In this document: in pieces, positions 48,461 to 62,721 of the stretch | Layout of the letters: every line of letters starts with the position of its first letter | Numbering within the stretch: the stretch's first letter is position 1 | Source: Octopus sinensis | Lineage: Eukaryota | Reading direction: 5' to 3' | Length of the DNA stretch: 64,000 nt | Assembly: GCF_006345805.1 (NCBI RefSeq) | Contig: NC_043016.1 | Coordinates: 28,396,001 to 28,460,000 of the forward strand | Notes under the pieces: generated by a model | What the model saw: only the letters and a program-made list of their open reading frames with translations | Told to the model about the DNA's origin: nothing | Database searches by the model: none | Program-made: the position numbers and the translations under genes

Positions 48461-50519
48461 ATAATAGCGTGTTCACATGTGTGTCTGTGCGTTTCTTTTG
48501 TATAGCTGATCACATTCATTTAAGACAGTAATTTGGAGATCTAGCTGTTATTTTTAGCACTGAACCTAAATGTATTGCGTTAGTTTCTAATCAGCTATTA
48601 TTATTATTATTATTATTTATAAATATATCTTATAAACTTCACCTGTTTACTCCTTTTAATCTCAGCACTTAAATAAAAGAATCATTGCCAGAGAAAATAG
48701 TTTTATTAGTGTTCAGTTTCATAATTTATATTTAGAGAAGTAGGGTAATATATTTAAGTTTTTCATTGCCTTCCTCCACGTTTGCTTTTCCAACCAAAAC
48801 CTAATTTGTTCTTGGTGTCAATTTCTTCATTTCAGTGGAATTAGAATTGACAAAATACTATAATTAAAGAAAATAAAAATCTTTGTTTTGTTTACTAATT
48901 TTAGCTTCCCTAAGCACCAGACGAGTAAACATATATCATTTGTAATTCTCGAGCCTTTTCATATTTCCTGGGTCGATAAAATAAAGTGCTGCATGAAGGC
49001 CATCGAGTGGTGTGGAGGAGGCGACGGTGGTGGTCGAAAATATCTGGCTTTTTTGTCCTGAGAGATTATTTTTTTTCTGTTATCAAATGAACAATGTTTA
49101 TTATTAGTAAACAGACTTCATACACCTTAACTACTTCACCTTGATTTGTTTATTAAAAACAACCTTCCTTGGTTTATTGTCGGATTATATCGTACACACA
49201 CACACACGCAAATCGCTGTCTAGAAACTTTTTTTCCCCTCTCTTCTCCATTTGGATAATGGCGAATTATGAGTGTTTTCATTTGTTTTTTCTGTCTTAGC
49301 CGCAATGTTTTCGGTGCTTCTTTTCATCTAGATTTTTTCCTCAGATGTAACCAATTGGCAACTAATTAATGTTACTAGTTTCTTTAAAGAAATATTCACT
49401 CCATTCCGCTTTAGCATTGCTCCAAACATTTCAAAACACAAATACACACACACCTCCCTATTTTCTTTGTTTTTATTATAGAAAAATATATTTTCTGTTT
49501 GTTTTTTTTTAAACTTAGTATGAAAATTATTCAAGAACTCAGTTTAAAAAAAAAAAATATCATATAATGTTTCCCCATTAATTAACGTTGGTGTTTTGCA
49601 AGTCCATTTATTATTGTAGATGTGATACATATATTTCATATATTTAAAATTTAGTTTCTACTTTGCTATCATCTCAAGGTGAGAAATTTCGAATTTCTTT
49701 GGAAATGGTCGTCAAGCGAATCAATCCAGGCTCTAATAAATCTGTTCACATATAAAAGCATCACATTTATAGGAGCTGCTGCTGCTATTGAGCAGTTGTG
49801 ATGTTCATGCCATTTCTCAAACACAACTCTACCAATAAAAACAACAGTGGTGGTGGTGGTGGTGGTAGTAGTAGTAGTAGTAATAATAGCAGTAATAATA
49901 GTAGTGATAACAGTATTTGTAATAGTAGTAATACTAGTGAAGATGATGATGACAATTGTAATTACTACAATGGTGTTAATGTCTCTAAAGTCTTTCGATG
50001 GATGACCTTTCAAACTAAATGGGGATTTTGTTATATTTGTCCTCCACCTGAACTAAGACCTTTTTTAAAAAATAAAATACTTGTTTGTTATATAATACCA
50101 TATTGTAGTTTTATTGCTAATTGACTTTGAGTGGTACTTGAAGAGATTTTATCATTTGCCACTCTGCATTCCGTAATTAAAAATGTTTGTGAGGAGGAAG
50201 TAGGTTGTGTTGTTTATAATTTATATTTTTCAAATGAAACTGCTTTCCGCTCTATTATTCAGTTTTTTCTGACTGCATAGTAAATAATGTGTGTGTGTGT
50301 GTGTAAAATATTTAACCAATTGATTAATAATAAAGAAGTGGAATTGGACCTATGCGTGTGTTGTTATTATTGGCGTAATGACTCTCCCAAGACTATAAAT
50401 ATATACATATAATTGAATTTTCTCCTCTAATTCACACTACACATTGTGTGTGTGTGTGGAGATATATATATTTAGAGATATGCTTGTATATTATATATAT
50501 GTATATTTGGAGATATGTT

Positions 50520-50584
<65 letters not shown>

Positions 50585-52789
50585 GATGTGTGTGTGTATA
50601 TATATATATATATATGATGAAATATTAAATATCTTAGGTTGGGTCTTATGTTGAAATAGATTTCCATAGCATTCCTGTGTTATTTACATTTTTATTTTGT
50701 CTTTCCATAAACACCTATACCTGTTTTCTTCCTTTTGTATACCTCAAGACGACATTCCTTATTCCTGAATCGCTGCCATTTACTTCATATTTAATCAAAA
50801 TCTTCGGAATATTTTATCTTAATCAGCAACAAAATTTATATTCAAGAGAACCGCTACGTAGACTTATATTCAAGAGAACCCGACTTCACTAGAAATAGCA
50901 ACCAAATTTTGTCTGCTTGGTTTTGGATGTCTTTGGGTTTAAACAAAAACAATCGCGTTGCTATTACTATTTCTAGTTTGCTCTGGTTCATAGTAAAATG
51001 TTAAGAGTACCAATCAGTACTATCTATTGCTTGCCCGAGCTTGATTTGTTTAATAATGGTCTATACACCTAGCAACTTGTTCTCATTTATCTTATAAACT
51101 CTTAATTAAAAAGAAGCATTTCGTTTAAACACTTCTATAGAATTCCTGTCTAAATATCGCGGAATATTTAGTTTCTCAGAACTATTCTTATTTCTGGGTG
51201 TCAATTGTTGGCTAAGAATTAATTTACTAGTTGTTATTTTTTTCTAATGATTTAACAATTGTTTTTTTTTATAATTAACTTATTAGCATGGTTGTGTTAA
51301 TTTGTAATTAAAATATATTCCAAAAACATATTTTGACAGCGTAATAAGTAATAAACTTCCGTAATCGAGCTTTTGTGCCCCTAGCAAACGTTCTGTGTGT
51401 GATTGTGCATGGGTATATGTATATTATTTTGTATAATATTACTCATTTGTTAGGATAGGATCTTTAGGAAACAATCGGAACTGTTTTTTAAGTGCATGAG
51501 TGTGTGTTTATGTACGTATGTGTGTGTATACACACAGAGCCAGCAAACTGGCTATCCTCTGCTGTTGTTATTAAATGATCTAGGTTTCCAGAGGATATAT
51601 CAGTTACGAGGAAGGGCGTTTTACTTTATTTGCTAATGAATATAATTAATAGAGGACTGAGATACAGAATAATTAAAACTATATCTGCTTTATTTGCAAT
51701 GCTTTTCTTTTTCGAATATGGCATTACACTAATAATGCTTTTGAATATTTTATAACATATATTGTCTGATCTCATTAGCTTGGTCTTTATTTTATTTATT
51801 TATTTATTTTTAGTAAGGGATGTTTTTAATAATTAACCTTTTGTCGGAAACTTCGTAAATTCTTTTTTTTTCATCTTACCAAAATAACCTCTTAGGTCGC
51901 TGACTTTTTAAAATTATATCATGCAGTTTATTATAATATATGTTATTCTTTCAATCCAAAATACAATTAAGTCTTAATTTTACTGTTAAAGCTTCCACGT
52001 TTCTTCCTTTTTTTTTCTACAATTTTCTTTGTTTGCTTCTGTATGTGTTATGACACACACTTTAGTTATATTTTAAATATCAGGATGTTTATTAATTTCA
52101 TTCAATTTCAAACTTCCTTAGTTGTCTCGTCAATATTATTGACTTCGTTTGTCAAGATGGCTCTTTTTCCCTCTTGATTAAAGAGTTGGTGTATTAGTCG
52201 AGCGGAATGAGATGCTGTTCACTGTTTACTCTACCAGGTATCTACTGAAGTTAGTTTTGAAATATATATCAAAAGATACCTGTTTGTATGCGGCAACAAA
52301 TAATATCCTTCCCCTCGTTGTCTCAGTAATTGTTAAAGATGTTGACTAAGAGAGACATGAAAGTTGGAATAACATTTCACACATGAATAGCAACTGTTTG
52401 TATCAATGAACTTAACTAAGATTCAGCTGGCCTCTTATATGATCAAAGGTATTCTAACCGTGATCACCTCTCCTTTTTTGGTGGGGGGGGGGACACAGGG
52501 GGTTTGTACTGTCCGGCTCTACGTCCTGTGCTTGCTGTTCTAAAAACTGAAGAATCTGAAAACGAGGAAGATTTCGCTGTTATTTCTACAAGCTGGAACG
52601 GGAAAACTTTATAGAGAAAACAATCTAATTTATAAACAATTGTAGTTTTATGAAATGGCTACTGACATTTTTTTGTTGTCTTGTGAGTATTTGCTGGAAT
52701 TAGATAAATCAACAATAGCATTTTGTGTGTGTTTTCCATTATGACACAGTTATTCATTCAAACAAATCAATATAATTGTTCTTTATTTG

Positions 52790-53960
52790 TTTAGTCTTGA
52801 GGAAGGGACAGTGCCCATAGCCATCACAGGTCGCCTGAAACTCTAGACATTGATGACATCTATGTTCCTCGTGAATCTTTGTAAATTAACTACTGCATGA
52901 AGGACGTGAGCAGGAGGAAAAATTCCTGAGGGATGATGATACTCTTGGAAGGAAGCAGTCCTTTATTGATTAATGTGATTTCTGGTGGGATCGGATGTTA
53001 CATGTGTTATAAGGGAAATAGAAATGATGAGTGAGTCAGAAATTCCTGAGTGAAGGCAACATGAGCCCAATCAGTTCTGAGGAACGGAGACCATTCCAGC
53101 AGCAACAGCAGCAGTAGTAGTAGTGGTAGTGGTAGTAAAAACAAGAAGTGGAGACATATCTAATATATGAGAAATGGGAACATGTATGTGAGTGACTTTA
53201 TGCCAATCTCAGCCTGATGCCCCTTTTCTGGATTTGGTCTTGAATGGCTGTATGTTGCAGCAGTCCAATCCTGGGTGTGAGAGCAATACTCTATTGTGGG
53301 TCATGCCTGAAATTTGTAAGAGTATCAGTGACGGTTGGGATGGGGGATGAAGTATCTTCTGACGCTGAAGAGAAGGACCAGGCTTTGGGATGCAGTCCTA
53401 GCTATGTTAAGGATGTGCTTTTGCCAGGAGAGATCTTCGAGGGCTCAGGTTGAGTACTTCCCAAGATTAAGCAGAATGTAGAGTGATGATGTTTTCTTGA
53501 TATAAGTAATACATGTATTTCCCTGAAGTTAAAAAAGCCAATACTGGTATATCCCTTATTGGATTCTTTTGAGGTCTTTGTTTCTGAATTGGTGCAAGTT
53601 TGGTGTGTGATATTTAGGTGGTGAGTGGTTAATGCATACTTGGCTAAGGTTAAAAAAGAGTGAAGGGCCACTATCATCTGTGTTAAGAGTAGTATTTGTT
53701 TGATGTGACAGCTAGTAGACCTTTGATTTATAAAAGGGAGAGTTTAGAGACAAGACTGAACTTGAGAGCACACCAGAGTTGATAGAATGGGGATTGGAAA
53801 GAGATTGTACATTGATTCAGTAAATGTGCAACTGATGAAGCCTATTGGCCTATTAGTGGAGAATTCTGATTACAGATATTGTTGAAAGCTTTGATATTAA
53901 GGGTTGTAAGACTGCTTTCACCAAAAATTTCTATAAGGTGAGATTCCTCAGTTAAGTGAA
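52790..53960 (-). mobile_element. Decayed CR1-group (Daphne/Crack-like) LINE 3' portion
   Basis: Minus-strand LNIKAFN, INSGV, LSWQKHILNIARTASQSL, PTIEYCSH; same 3' UTR gggcactgtcccttcctcaagac as at 32260. Confidence 0.7.
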
Positions 53961-54056
53961 AGTGATGAGTAGGTTACTAGTGGATCTTCAGCTACAGAAA
54001 ACATAGTGGGTATGTTACCCAATATGTTATCAACATTTATATAGTATTTTCTATAT

Positions 54057-54334
54057 TAGTGGTTCCCAAACTTATTTTGTCAGTGAACCCTTATATTATT
54101 TTCCAAAAATCACAGAACTCATGCCTATATTCTCCAGACAACCCTCATCTTTAATAGTTTAATAAAATATTAAATGAAATAAGAATTGTTTAAAAGGAAA
54201 AACAAATTATATAAAAAGATTACTTTGAAATGGTGAATACTTCTCTTTTTTTATGAAATATTTTTCTATTGAAAGATCCCTTGACTTGCAGAAAGACCAG
54301 AATGCTTTTAAGAGAACTGCTTTGAGAACCATCA
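54057..54334. mobile_element. Degenerate hAT-type MITE
   Basis: Termini tagtggttcccaaac / ctttgagaacca. Confidence 0.55.
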
Positions 54335-54379
54335 TCTTTGTTGATACAATGATTCTTTGAATACCTAAAAGGAAAACAG

Positions 54380-54727
54380 TTTATATTTTGGGAGGGTCAT
54401 TACACCAATAACAAACACACACTGCTTCTATTTCATTTCTTTATTATTTGTCAGTTGGCTAACTATTTAACCAATTAACTAATTTGTTATTTAATCACTC
54501 ATTTGGATAATTAGTCGATCATGTCAAAGTCCTTTCATCATCATTCTCAACTTATTCAGTGACATACCCTCTCTACTGATTGACTAAACTGCATGACTAA
54601 TCAAGCACTCAATTAGTTAATTGATTAAATTAGTAACCAATTAATGAATAAAGCGGACGGTAAATGATGAAAGAAGTGAAATAGAACCAGTGTGTGTGTT
54701 TTAGCATAATGACCCTCTCAATATAAA
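54380..54727. repeat. Imperfect foldback with about 70-bp arms
   Basis: tttatattttgggagggtcatta...cacacactgcttctatttca mirrored by tgaaatagaaccagtgtgtg...taatgaccctctcaatataaa. Confidence 0.8.
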
Positions 54728-55768
54728 TCAAAATCTGTTTTCAACTCATGGTTTCACATCAAGAATCTTGCAAAGCAAATACAAAAACTTTAAATTTGTG
54801 AAATGTTTGGTAGCATCTTTTACATGATTTAAGAAACCAGACAACAGAGAGGTAAGATAAATGTTTAACTCTCTGCCAGCTATCATTGAATACATTTATG
54901 ATCAAAGGCCTTTCAACTGTGACCACTGCATAGATCTTTTCCAAAACAGGTTTATGCTATTCATTGTCACTTTTCATTCTGGTTGAGCAATATCATTAAG
55001 GCTTCACTACCTGTTTTTATAAAGGTGGTGAGCTGGCAGAATCATTAGTGTGTTGGACAAAATGCTTAGTGACATTTTTTCTGGCTCTTTATATTCTGAG
55101 TTCAAATTCTGCTGTGGTCAATTTTGTTGTTTATTTTTTTTGTAAGATCAATGTAATCAAATTGCCCCCTCACCTCAAAATTGCTGGGCATGTGTCAAAA
55201 TGTGAAATTATTATTGTCTTTGATTGTATGGGATAATAGGTACATGACAATCAATGCTGATTGCATCATTAAGTGTACAACTTTTTTGTAGGAAGTTGGG
55301 GACATGCTTGTTGATCACGGTCACTTTTCACTCAATCATACCTTACTAAGTGTACTTAACATTGGCTTGCACTAGGAACTTTTAAATGCAAATGTTCTCA
55401 ATGTTATTGCAGAATTAATAAGAATAATAAACAAGTTTGAAACAAAGAAGATACCTCACTCTTGAATCTTGGGGAATGGAGCTAGATATGGTTATGATTA
55501 ATTATCAATAATTAAAACTTTAATAGCTCAATAGGTAGGTGTTATTTTTGTTGTTGGAAAGGCAAGGAAACTGGCACTGATTTGACAGTACTGTGTACTA
55601 CAGTGATATGTAATTAAAAGGTTAATTAGATGATATAACTTGTCAGTTTTTATCTCATTTGTTGGTTTTTCCTGAAATTGTTCTTGACTGCAGTTGGAGA
55701 TTAGCATGGCATATATGTGGGACAAAGCAAATATTTTCAGATTATAAAAAGGAAATTAACATACCTGG

Positions 55769-55816
<48 letters not shown>

Positions 55817-57244
55817 GATAGCTGGAAAATTTTAGTTTCAGTTCACAAGGTGCCAAGTTCAAATCTTGACTTTTTTTTATGTCCCTCCACTTGATAAAAT
55901 AAATAGTAATGATAGTAGTCTGGAATGGGGATGCAGTGAGGTTGATGCAATTAATTATAGCCTTCTTTAACTGTTGTCATTGTGTCTAAATAAGAGATGA
56001 ATATTTAGCAATGCTAAAAGATTGATATAAAAGCTGTGCATTTTGCTCTTATGGTATCTAAAGTGGTTGGTGAATGAGCAGAGAAAGCTTAAAGTTGAAA
56101 TCTTCCTTTAGACCTATCTCATCAAAGACATGACAATCTCTCTAGTGCTTGTGCCATTATAAAATAGCCATTAAACTATAAATATCCTATAAACATTGGT
56201 GATAAGAAGAGCATTGATTTTGGAGAAACCAAATCTACTGACATGGTCCTCTGGTCTGTCTTTGAGAATAGTGACTTCCAAAAGAAACTGATTGTGCTGG
56301 CCTGTCCAATCCATGCTACCATGGAAAATGGACATAAATGGATGATTTTGACATGGCGTTTTACATGTTAATTTTAGAATCGTTTAGCTTCAACTCTTTA
56401 GCATTTAAACTGACCATATCCAGCCTATATATTTTACTTGTTTTATCTTCACATTAGCCAGATTTTGTCTCTTTCACCTGCCCTATAATATGTCATTCTA
56501 AAAATAAATGAGCATTACATTTCATAGAGTAATCTGAATGCAAAAGGATTAAATATATCTCCTTTAATTATAAGCTGATTAGAAACTTTTTGTCTGAATA
56601 TAAATCCAGATTTTGGTTCCAGAATTTTGGAATTTGGTAGGTATCTTTCTTGTTTGATTCGATACTAGTTCCTCAGTAAATACAGAACATAACCTTTCAT
56701 TATTATCTTGCTGAATTAGGGCAGTTTAATTATTGAGTATCAAAATTGTGGTGTATCTTTTGATATTTTGCCATCTGAGATCAAATCCTACCAAAGTCAA
56801 CTTTGCTTTCAAACATTCCAGAGTTGATAAAATAAAGTATCAGTTTAGAACTGGAATCAATTTCATCAGTTAACTCTAACTCCAATCCAATTTCAGGTAT
56901 TGCAACTTTGTTAGAATCTGTTACTATTTGTTGAACTATTTATTAAAAACTTTTAATATTGGATGGCTTTTGATTTGTCCGATTAAATACATTTGTTTAA
57001 TATGAATGGAATTTTACACGAGTTAAAAATATACATGTAAATAATTTGTTTTGCAAGTAGATTATTTTACTCCTGAAATCTTATGGCTTTGAAGAATTGG
57101 TAATGTAGCAGTAATAAATCCAAAGACTTTAGTCTTCAGCAGGTTATAAATTTATTTCAAGAATGAAAAGTAAAATTCTTAGAAACTCTATATAATGAAA
57201 TATTTTTTTTTACTACTTGATGGTGGTGGTGGTGATGGTGGTTG

Positions 57245-57595
57245 TTATTACCTCCACCTTAGTGAAAGCAGAGGTTTGTTTTCAGTTGTTTGTTTGTTTG
57301 TTTGTCCATGGACAAGATATCTCACGATTTCAGGAATGTTTGCCTTGTGACTAGCATGAACTGATTAGACTTTGAGATCAATCCGGTACTGGACAAGGAT
57401 TCTGGATTATTTTGCCTGTTTTTTTTTTTACTTAATTTTTAAGAGCAGTCTGGTTCATTTTTTTAGTATTCTCATTTGTGAAAGCAGTTGAGTTTACTTC
57501 AGATATTCGCATTTTAAAAATCATCTCTGGCTAATCATTGAGAGGACGTTGGTGTTGCCTTGGTGGAGGCTTGCACTATCTGAGTGCTCTTGTTT
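57245..57595 (+). mobile_element. Helentron-associated (HINE/DINE-like) non-autonomous element
   Basis: tt-attacctccacc / ggtggagg asymmetric subterminal inverted repeats, (GTTT)n, 3' hairpin gcact..agtgc, TT termini. Confidence 0.7.
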
Positions 57596-58499
57596 AATCT
57601 TGAGTTGGTCCTCATTTGACAGATTTATTGTCAGAGATATTGCCACCAGGACCATCTTGCCCCTTGTATCTCTAAGTTTGGTGTACTCGAGAGTACACTG
57701 TTGAATTTGTCATTTCTGTTTTAAGATGGGGTGTGATTTGAGAGAGATTTAGCTGCTAACTTTTAGTGTGTTAAGCAATCACATAGCTTCTATCTCATTA
57801 GATGATTACTACTCAATAGACTTGTAAGAATTTAATAACTTAAGGATCACAATGAATGTTAATAGGAGAAATTTAATATTCTTGGAGATTTGTGGTGACT
57901 GTAAGGGTTCTGTAGTGATTGCAAATGGTCTGATGTCTGTAAGGTGGTTGTAGTGGCTGAAAGAGGACGATAGTGACTGTAGATCTGCTGTGACAAATAG
58001 GTTTAAAAACTAGTTTTTTATTTCTTATTTTCATCTGAAAAGAAATTGATATGTTTCTACCATTTTTTTAGTGTTTATACTATTGCTATCTATCAGTATC
58101 TTTTGATTTTGTTTCAGAACCTTTGGGAAGTATATTTTATCTGTGTTAGAATCCTAATTATTGGTTTAATGAGGCAACTACTATAAAGTGTTAACTGAAA
58201 GTTGGTATTGGTTTCTACATCATTGAAGGTTGATTGCAATGAAGGTCACCCTAATTCATGATGGTAGCACAACAGTTCATTGTGCTGTGCTGAGTTCAAA
58301 CCATGCTATCTGTTTTGGTTGAACAGGCTGTGCCATGCAATATTGTTCTGGATACTCATTTTGAAGACCAGTGCTTCGACGACATAACCCTGTGAATTAC
58401 AGGATTCACTTCTTAAATCTTTTAAGAGTTGTTTTTTTTTTTACTAATATTATGTTTGACCATCTTGTGACACACTAATTGAATACACTCACACTGATG

Positions 58500-58815
58500 C
58501 CCTGTTGATTACAACAACAAGGATTCCAGTTGATGCAGGTAATGGAACAGCTTCCTCTTGAAATAATGTGTAAGTGGCTGAGCCCACCACAGACATGCAT
58601 ACTTTTAACAAGTTCTTGGGTAGATTCAGTGTAACACAGAATGTGACGTGACTAGCCCCTTGAATTACTCTTACAACTCATTTTTGCCAGCTTAATGGAC
58701 TGGAGTAATGTGAAATGACATTTCTTACTCGAGGACACAACATAACTGCTGGGTATTGAACTCGTGGTCTTATAATGGACAATCGAATGCCCTAACCACT
58801 AAGCCAAACACCTTC
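58500..58815 (-). mobile_element. Diverged SINE family C
   Basis: Reverse complement similarity to 30330-30700 (ccctaaccactaagcca head; aagtggctgagc..cacag body). Confidence 0.7.
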
Positions 58816-58865
58816 AAGTAATTAAATACACTGATCATAATTGACTATTTTACAGGGAGAGAATG

Positions 58866-59971
58866 TATTGGGTTGTCATAAATTTTTTCTTTACACTTAT
58901 TTTAATCATTTTTTTCATCAACAATTTTAACAAATCAATCACCTTCTTTCTTGTCAATGCCTTGACTTGAAATAACTGAGTCTTGACTCAAAGTATTCAT
59001 CGACCCATGTATTCAGCTCCATGTTGTTGAATAAAACCTCTTGCTGGTGGAGAGTTAGCAAAAAAAGGCAATAACCTGAAGGTACTATATCCAGAAATAC
59101 ATTGGGTGCAGTTGAGCTTTGCAACTGAGCTCTTGAACAGCATTTTTGATCAAATTAGTGATGTGGAGGAAAATGTGGTTGTCTTGAAGAAACACTTCAT
59201 GTTAGACTGTTTGAACTAGATTGCCTTGTTGAACCAGTACATTTACTGAATATAAAGCTCTGCATTGACTAGTTGTTTTCAAGCATTTCATAATGGATGC
59301 AGCTCTGGTTTGGCTTGAGGTGTCGTTTGTTTATCAGAACTCCGCTATTATTTTCTCTGCTTCATATTCATGTAAAGGCATCATTTTTCATTTCCAGTGA
59401 AATGTGGTAGAGAAATCTTCATGTCCTTGAGTAGCTTGGTGTTGTTGGAGCAATAGAAGAGCACTGGAGTTTGTCAGTTTTGCTCAGAATGTGTGGCACC
59501 CATGCACTGAGTTTTTGAATCTTACTCATCAAGTGTAACAGTATCGTGACAGCATCCCATCTTCTGGGACAATTTCCGAGTGGATTGGTGCAGATCTTTG
59601 TGGATGAGCTGGTTCAGTCAATCTTCCTTGAATTGAAATGGTTGGCTGGAATACAGAAAGTCTATAAGGTTGAATTTTCCGTTGTTGAAGCATGAAAGCC
59701 ATTTCTGTGCAGTTCTTTCAGTAGTAGAACCTTCTCTATACACACCACGAATGTCTTGAGCAGCGTTTGAACACTTGTGTTTTCTTACTTAATACTCCAT
59801 CATCATATATTTGTAAAGAGGTAAAATTTATTCAAATTTCAAAAATGATAAAACAACTTCTAGAGGAAAATAAAGCTACAAAATAACATAGTACACTACA
59901 ATAAAAATTTGTGTTGTGTTAATTCAAATAACGTCGGAAAGAAATAAACAAATTTATCTGATAACCCAATA
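58866..59971 (-). mobile_element. Decayed mariner element
   Basis: Termini tattgggttgtca / tgataacccaata; minus-strand AWVPHILS motif near 59485-59505. Confidence 0.75.
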
Positions 59972-62721
59972 TAAACTGATATTAACTGAATCAAAAAAGA
60001 TATCCAAGAAGAGAATTGGTAGCTCAGTAGAGGACCAGACAAAATGATTTTGTGCTGTACATCTATATTGCCTGTATTGTATCCTGAGTGTCTATAAGTA
60101 TGCTGTATTATGGACACTGGTTATGTATCCAGGGTTGACTATGCTTATAGATATTTTGCTGTTGGTCAATTATTGAGGTCGATAAAGTCCAACCTAGCAC
60201 TTTGTTCATTTGTGTAGTCTCATGTGGGATCTTAGGTCAAAGTCAGATGCACAATGGCAGCCATACACTGGAAACATGATGAAATGTGCTGCAGTGTTAG
60301 CTGTAGCCTTCATTGCTGTGTGCTTTTCCACTTGGCTGACATGTCTTATGCTTTTGTAGTCTTCTGTCTCTTGCATAAAGAATATTGCTCATGGCTTAGG
60401 CCATGTGCTGCAACCTGCTAACTGCTGTTCAGCTGTCTATAGATATGTAGTGTACTCTGAATTGCATTATCAAATGAGTCTTTCTTTTAAGATATAGGGT
60501 GTGATTTAAGGAGTATTTGGCTGCTATTTTAAGCAGTAACCACAATAAGCTCAATTATTGGCTTATTTACTGCTTGATAGAATTGGTTGTGTAAATTTTT
60601 ATAATCTTGCTGTGCTAACTTTGCTTTTGATGGGTGTAGAAGGTATTCTGTCAAAGTTAGAAATCTTTATTTCAGTTGGTAAAGTTGCAGAAATTACAGA
60701 GAATCTGGCCTTTACAGTGTTGAGCTTTGTTGCCTCTTATAGTTTTGTATGAAATTCAGACTTGACATTGTCTTTTGTCATTCTGGAAGTGTTGAGAGAA
60801 ATGTCATTATTTAATAATAATATTAAGTTCTAGACACCTATATATACACTTCACCTATAATAAATATATGGTCCTGTGCCAATAGAAATGGTTTCATTTT
60901 CTACATATACAAGATTCAGACTACACTTGGCTACACCAAGAGAATGTTTTTTGTTTATGATGTATTTCCGTTGGAGTTGTTTCAATCTCAATATTGTTAA
61001 AATAAAACCAAAGTTTAAAAAAAAACCCCTCTGAAATCAGCAATTTCTTGTTTAGTACACTTGCCTAAATCTCTCTCTCCCTCGCTCTCTCTCCACTTTT
61101 GCTCTTAGCCAGGTAAGTACATTACAAGGATCTCTGTACCATATATTCACTGCAAATGTACTCTCAGATGTATTGTGCTCATTATCATTCTTCAACTCAA
61201 CTGTTTACCTATTTTTTTTTTGTTTTTTGTTTTATAGCTAAGAATACTTTGAATGTGAAATATTTTGTTTTTAATTAGTGCATGTGTTTAGTTGTGTATA
61301 TACACATTGTAGTCTCTGTGAATTGTTCAACTGTACTGGAGTATGCAAAACATTAACTATGTACTTTGTATATGAAGAAAAATTAAAAAGCTGTCAAGAT
61401 CCCATATAAGGTCAATATAGAAAGTAGTCTATGACGATTCTTGTATTGATCTATCAACATAAATCAATATGAACTTGTTTCTTATCTTTAGGAAAAGTAA
61501 ACCAAGTCTAATTTTTTTATTTACTCCAGTTCCCCTCCTTTTAACAGCTTGATGCCGATGTTAATATAATTTGGCCAAACAAAATGTTACTTATTTTATA
61601 AGCTGGTTGTAAAATTGGACAGAAGTTCATGTCCATGTTTAATTTCATCTCTCTTTTTAGTTCAAATACTCTTTAGATCATCATACAGCCATTGTATTGA
61701 GGTCTATTTGATTACACACCTCCTCTCCTACAAAAATATCTTGTTTGTATTTTGTTTTGTAAGTAGAAATTGTAGTTTTACTTAATGTTTTTTTCTTTCT
61801 TTTTTTTTTTCATGGATTTTATTGGAACAATAAAATTTCTGTCACTAATTCAATTCTAAAGTAGTTGAGTGTATGCCATTGAGATAGACACATAACAGAA
61901 AAGTTGAAACAAGGCCTGAATTTATAACTAACTATATAGTAGAGTAAGCACATCCACTCTACAGGAAACAGGATATCTTCATTGGAATTATTTATAAGTG
62001 GAATTGTAGATCCTAAACAATGGAAATGTTCCAGCAATGAAGGGTTTAGCTAGATGGTGAGGTGAAGTCAGAGTAGTTGAGATATATATTTTGTAGTTTA
62101 GTATATTGGTAATGTAAGACATAAGTACATATTACACCTGTAGTGCAGCAGTAGTTATGTTTATATAAGACATAAGTATAGGTAGTGGTTGTTGTATAGC
62201 AGCAATAATGTTATATAAGACATACATATAGTTTAGTATCTGAATGCAATAGTGCATTCTCACCCATTTTAGTGTAATGCTAAGGGAAGTAAGTCAAATA
62301 GAATAAGAGGTAAAAAGTTGTGATGATGGTGGAGAGAGGAAAAAGAGAAGAAATTTAAGGGAGAAGGAAAATATTAAGACATTGCAAAATTTGCTATGTC
62401 ACTGCATTGTTAGTTACTTCATTATTTTATCTCTCTCTCTCTCTCTCTGCATTTGTTTGTATTTTTTTTTTAGTTGTGTCTGAGTATATAAATAATTTCA
62501 CAACAAGAATGGAAAAATTCTAAGATCCTCTGTTTATAGATGTAAATCTCTATATTTTTTGTATGTCAGTGTTTGTGCATGTGAATATTAATATGTATAT
62601 AACGGCTATGCAGGTGTCCAGGTGTAACTTGTAGATCCAGTCATGTCAAGTACATTTTGTAAATATCATGTGATTGAAATTATAATGATACTGCTCTATA
62701 TTTTAGAGATGAGGAATTCTG

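Noticed and set aside
52794-52850. Hammerhead-like gtc-TTGAGGA-agg...cct-GAAAC-tc-TA-gac (related sequence at 32260)
   Set aside because: Core is imperfect, the 32260 copy lacks GAAAC, and the sequence is better explained as the antisense of a CR1-group LINE 3' UTR.
61050-61120. Strong donor CCAG|GTAAGT as possible UBE2A exon (also AAG|GTGAGA near 49678)
   Set aside because: Upstream sequence does not encode any RAD6 peptide; at most non-coding or cryptic sites.
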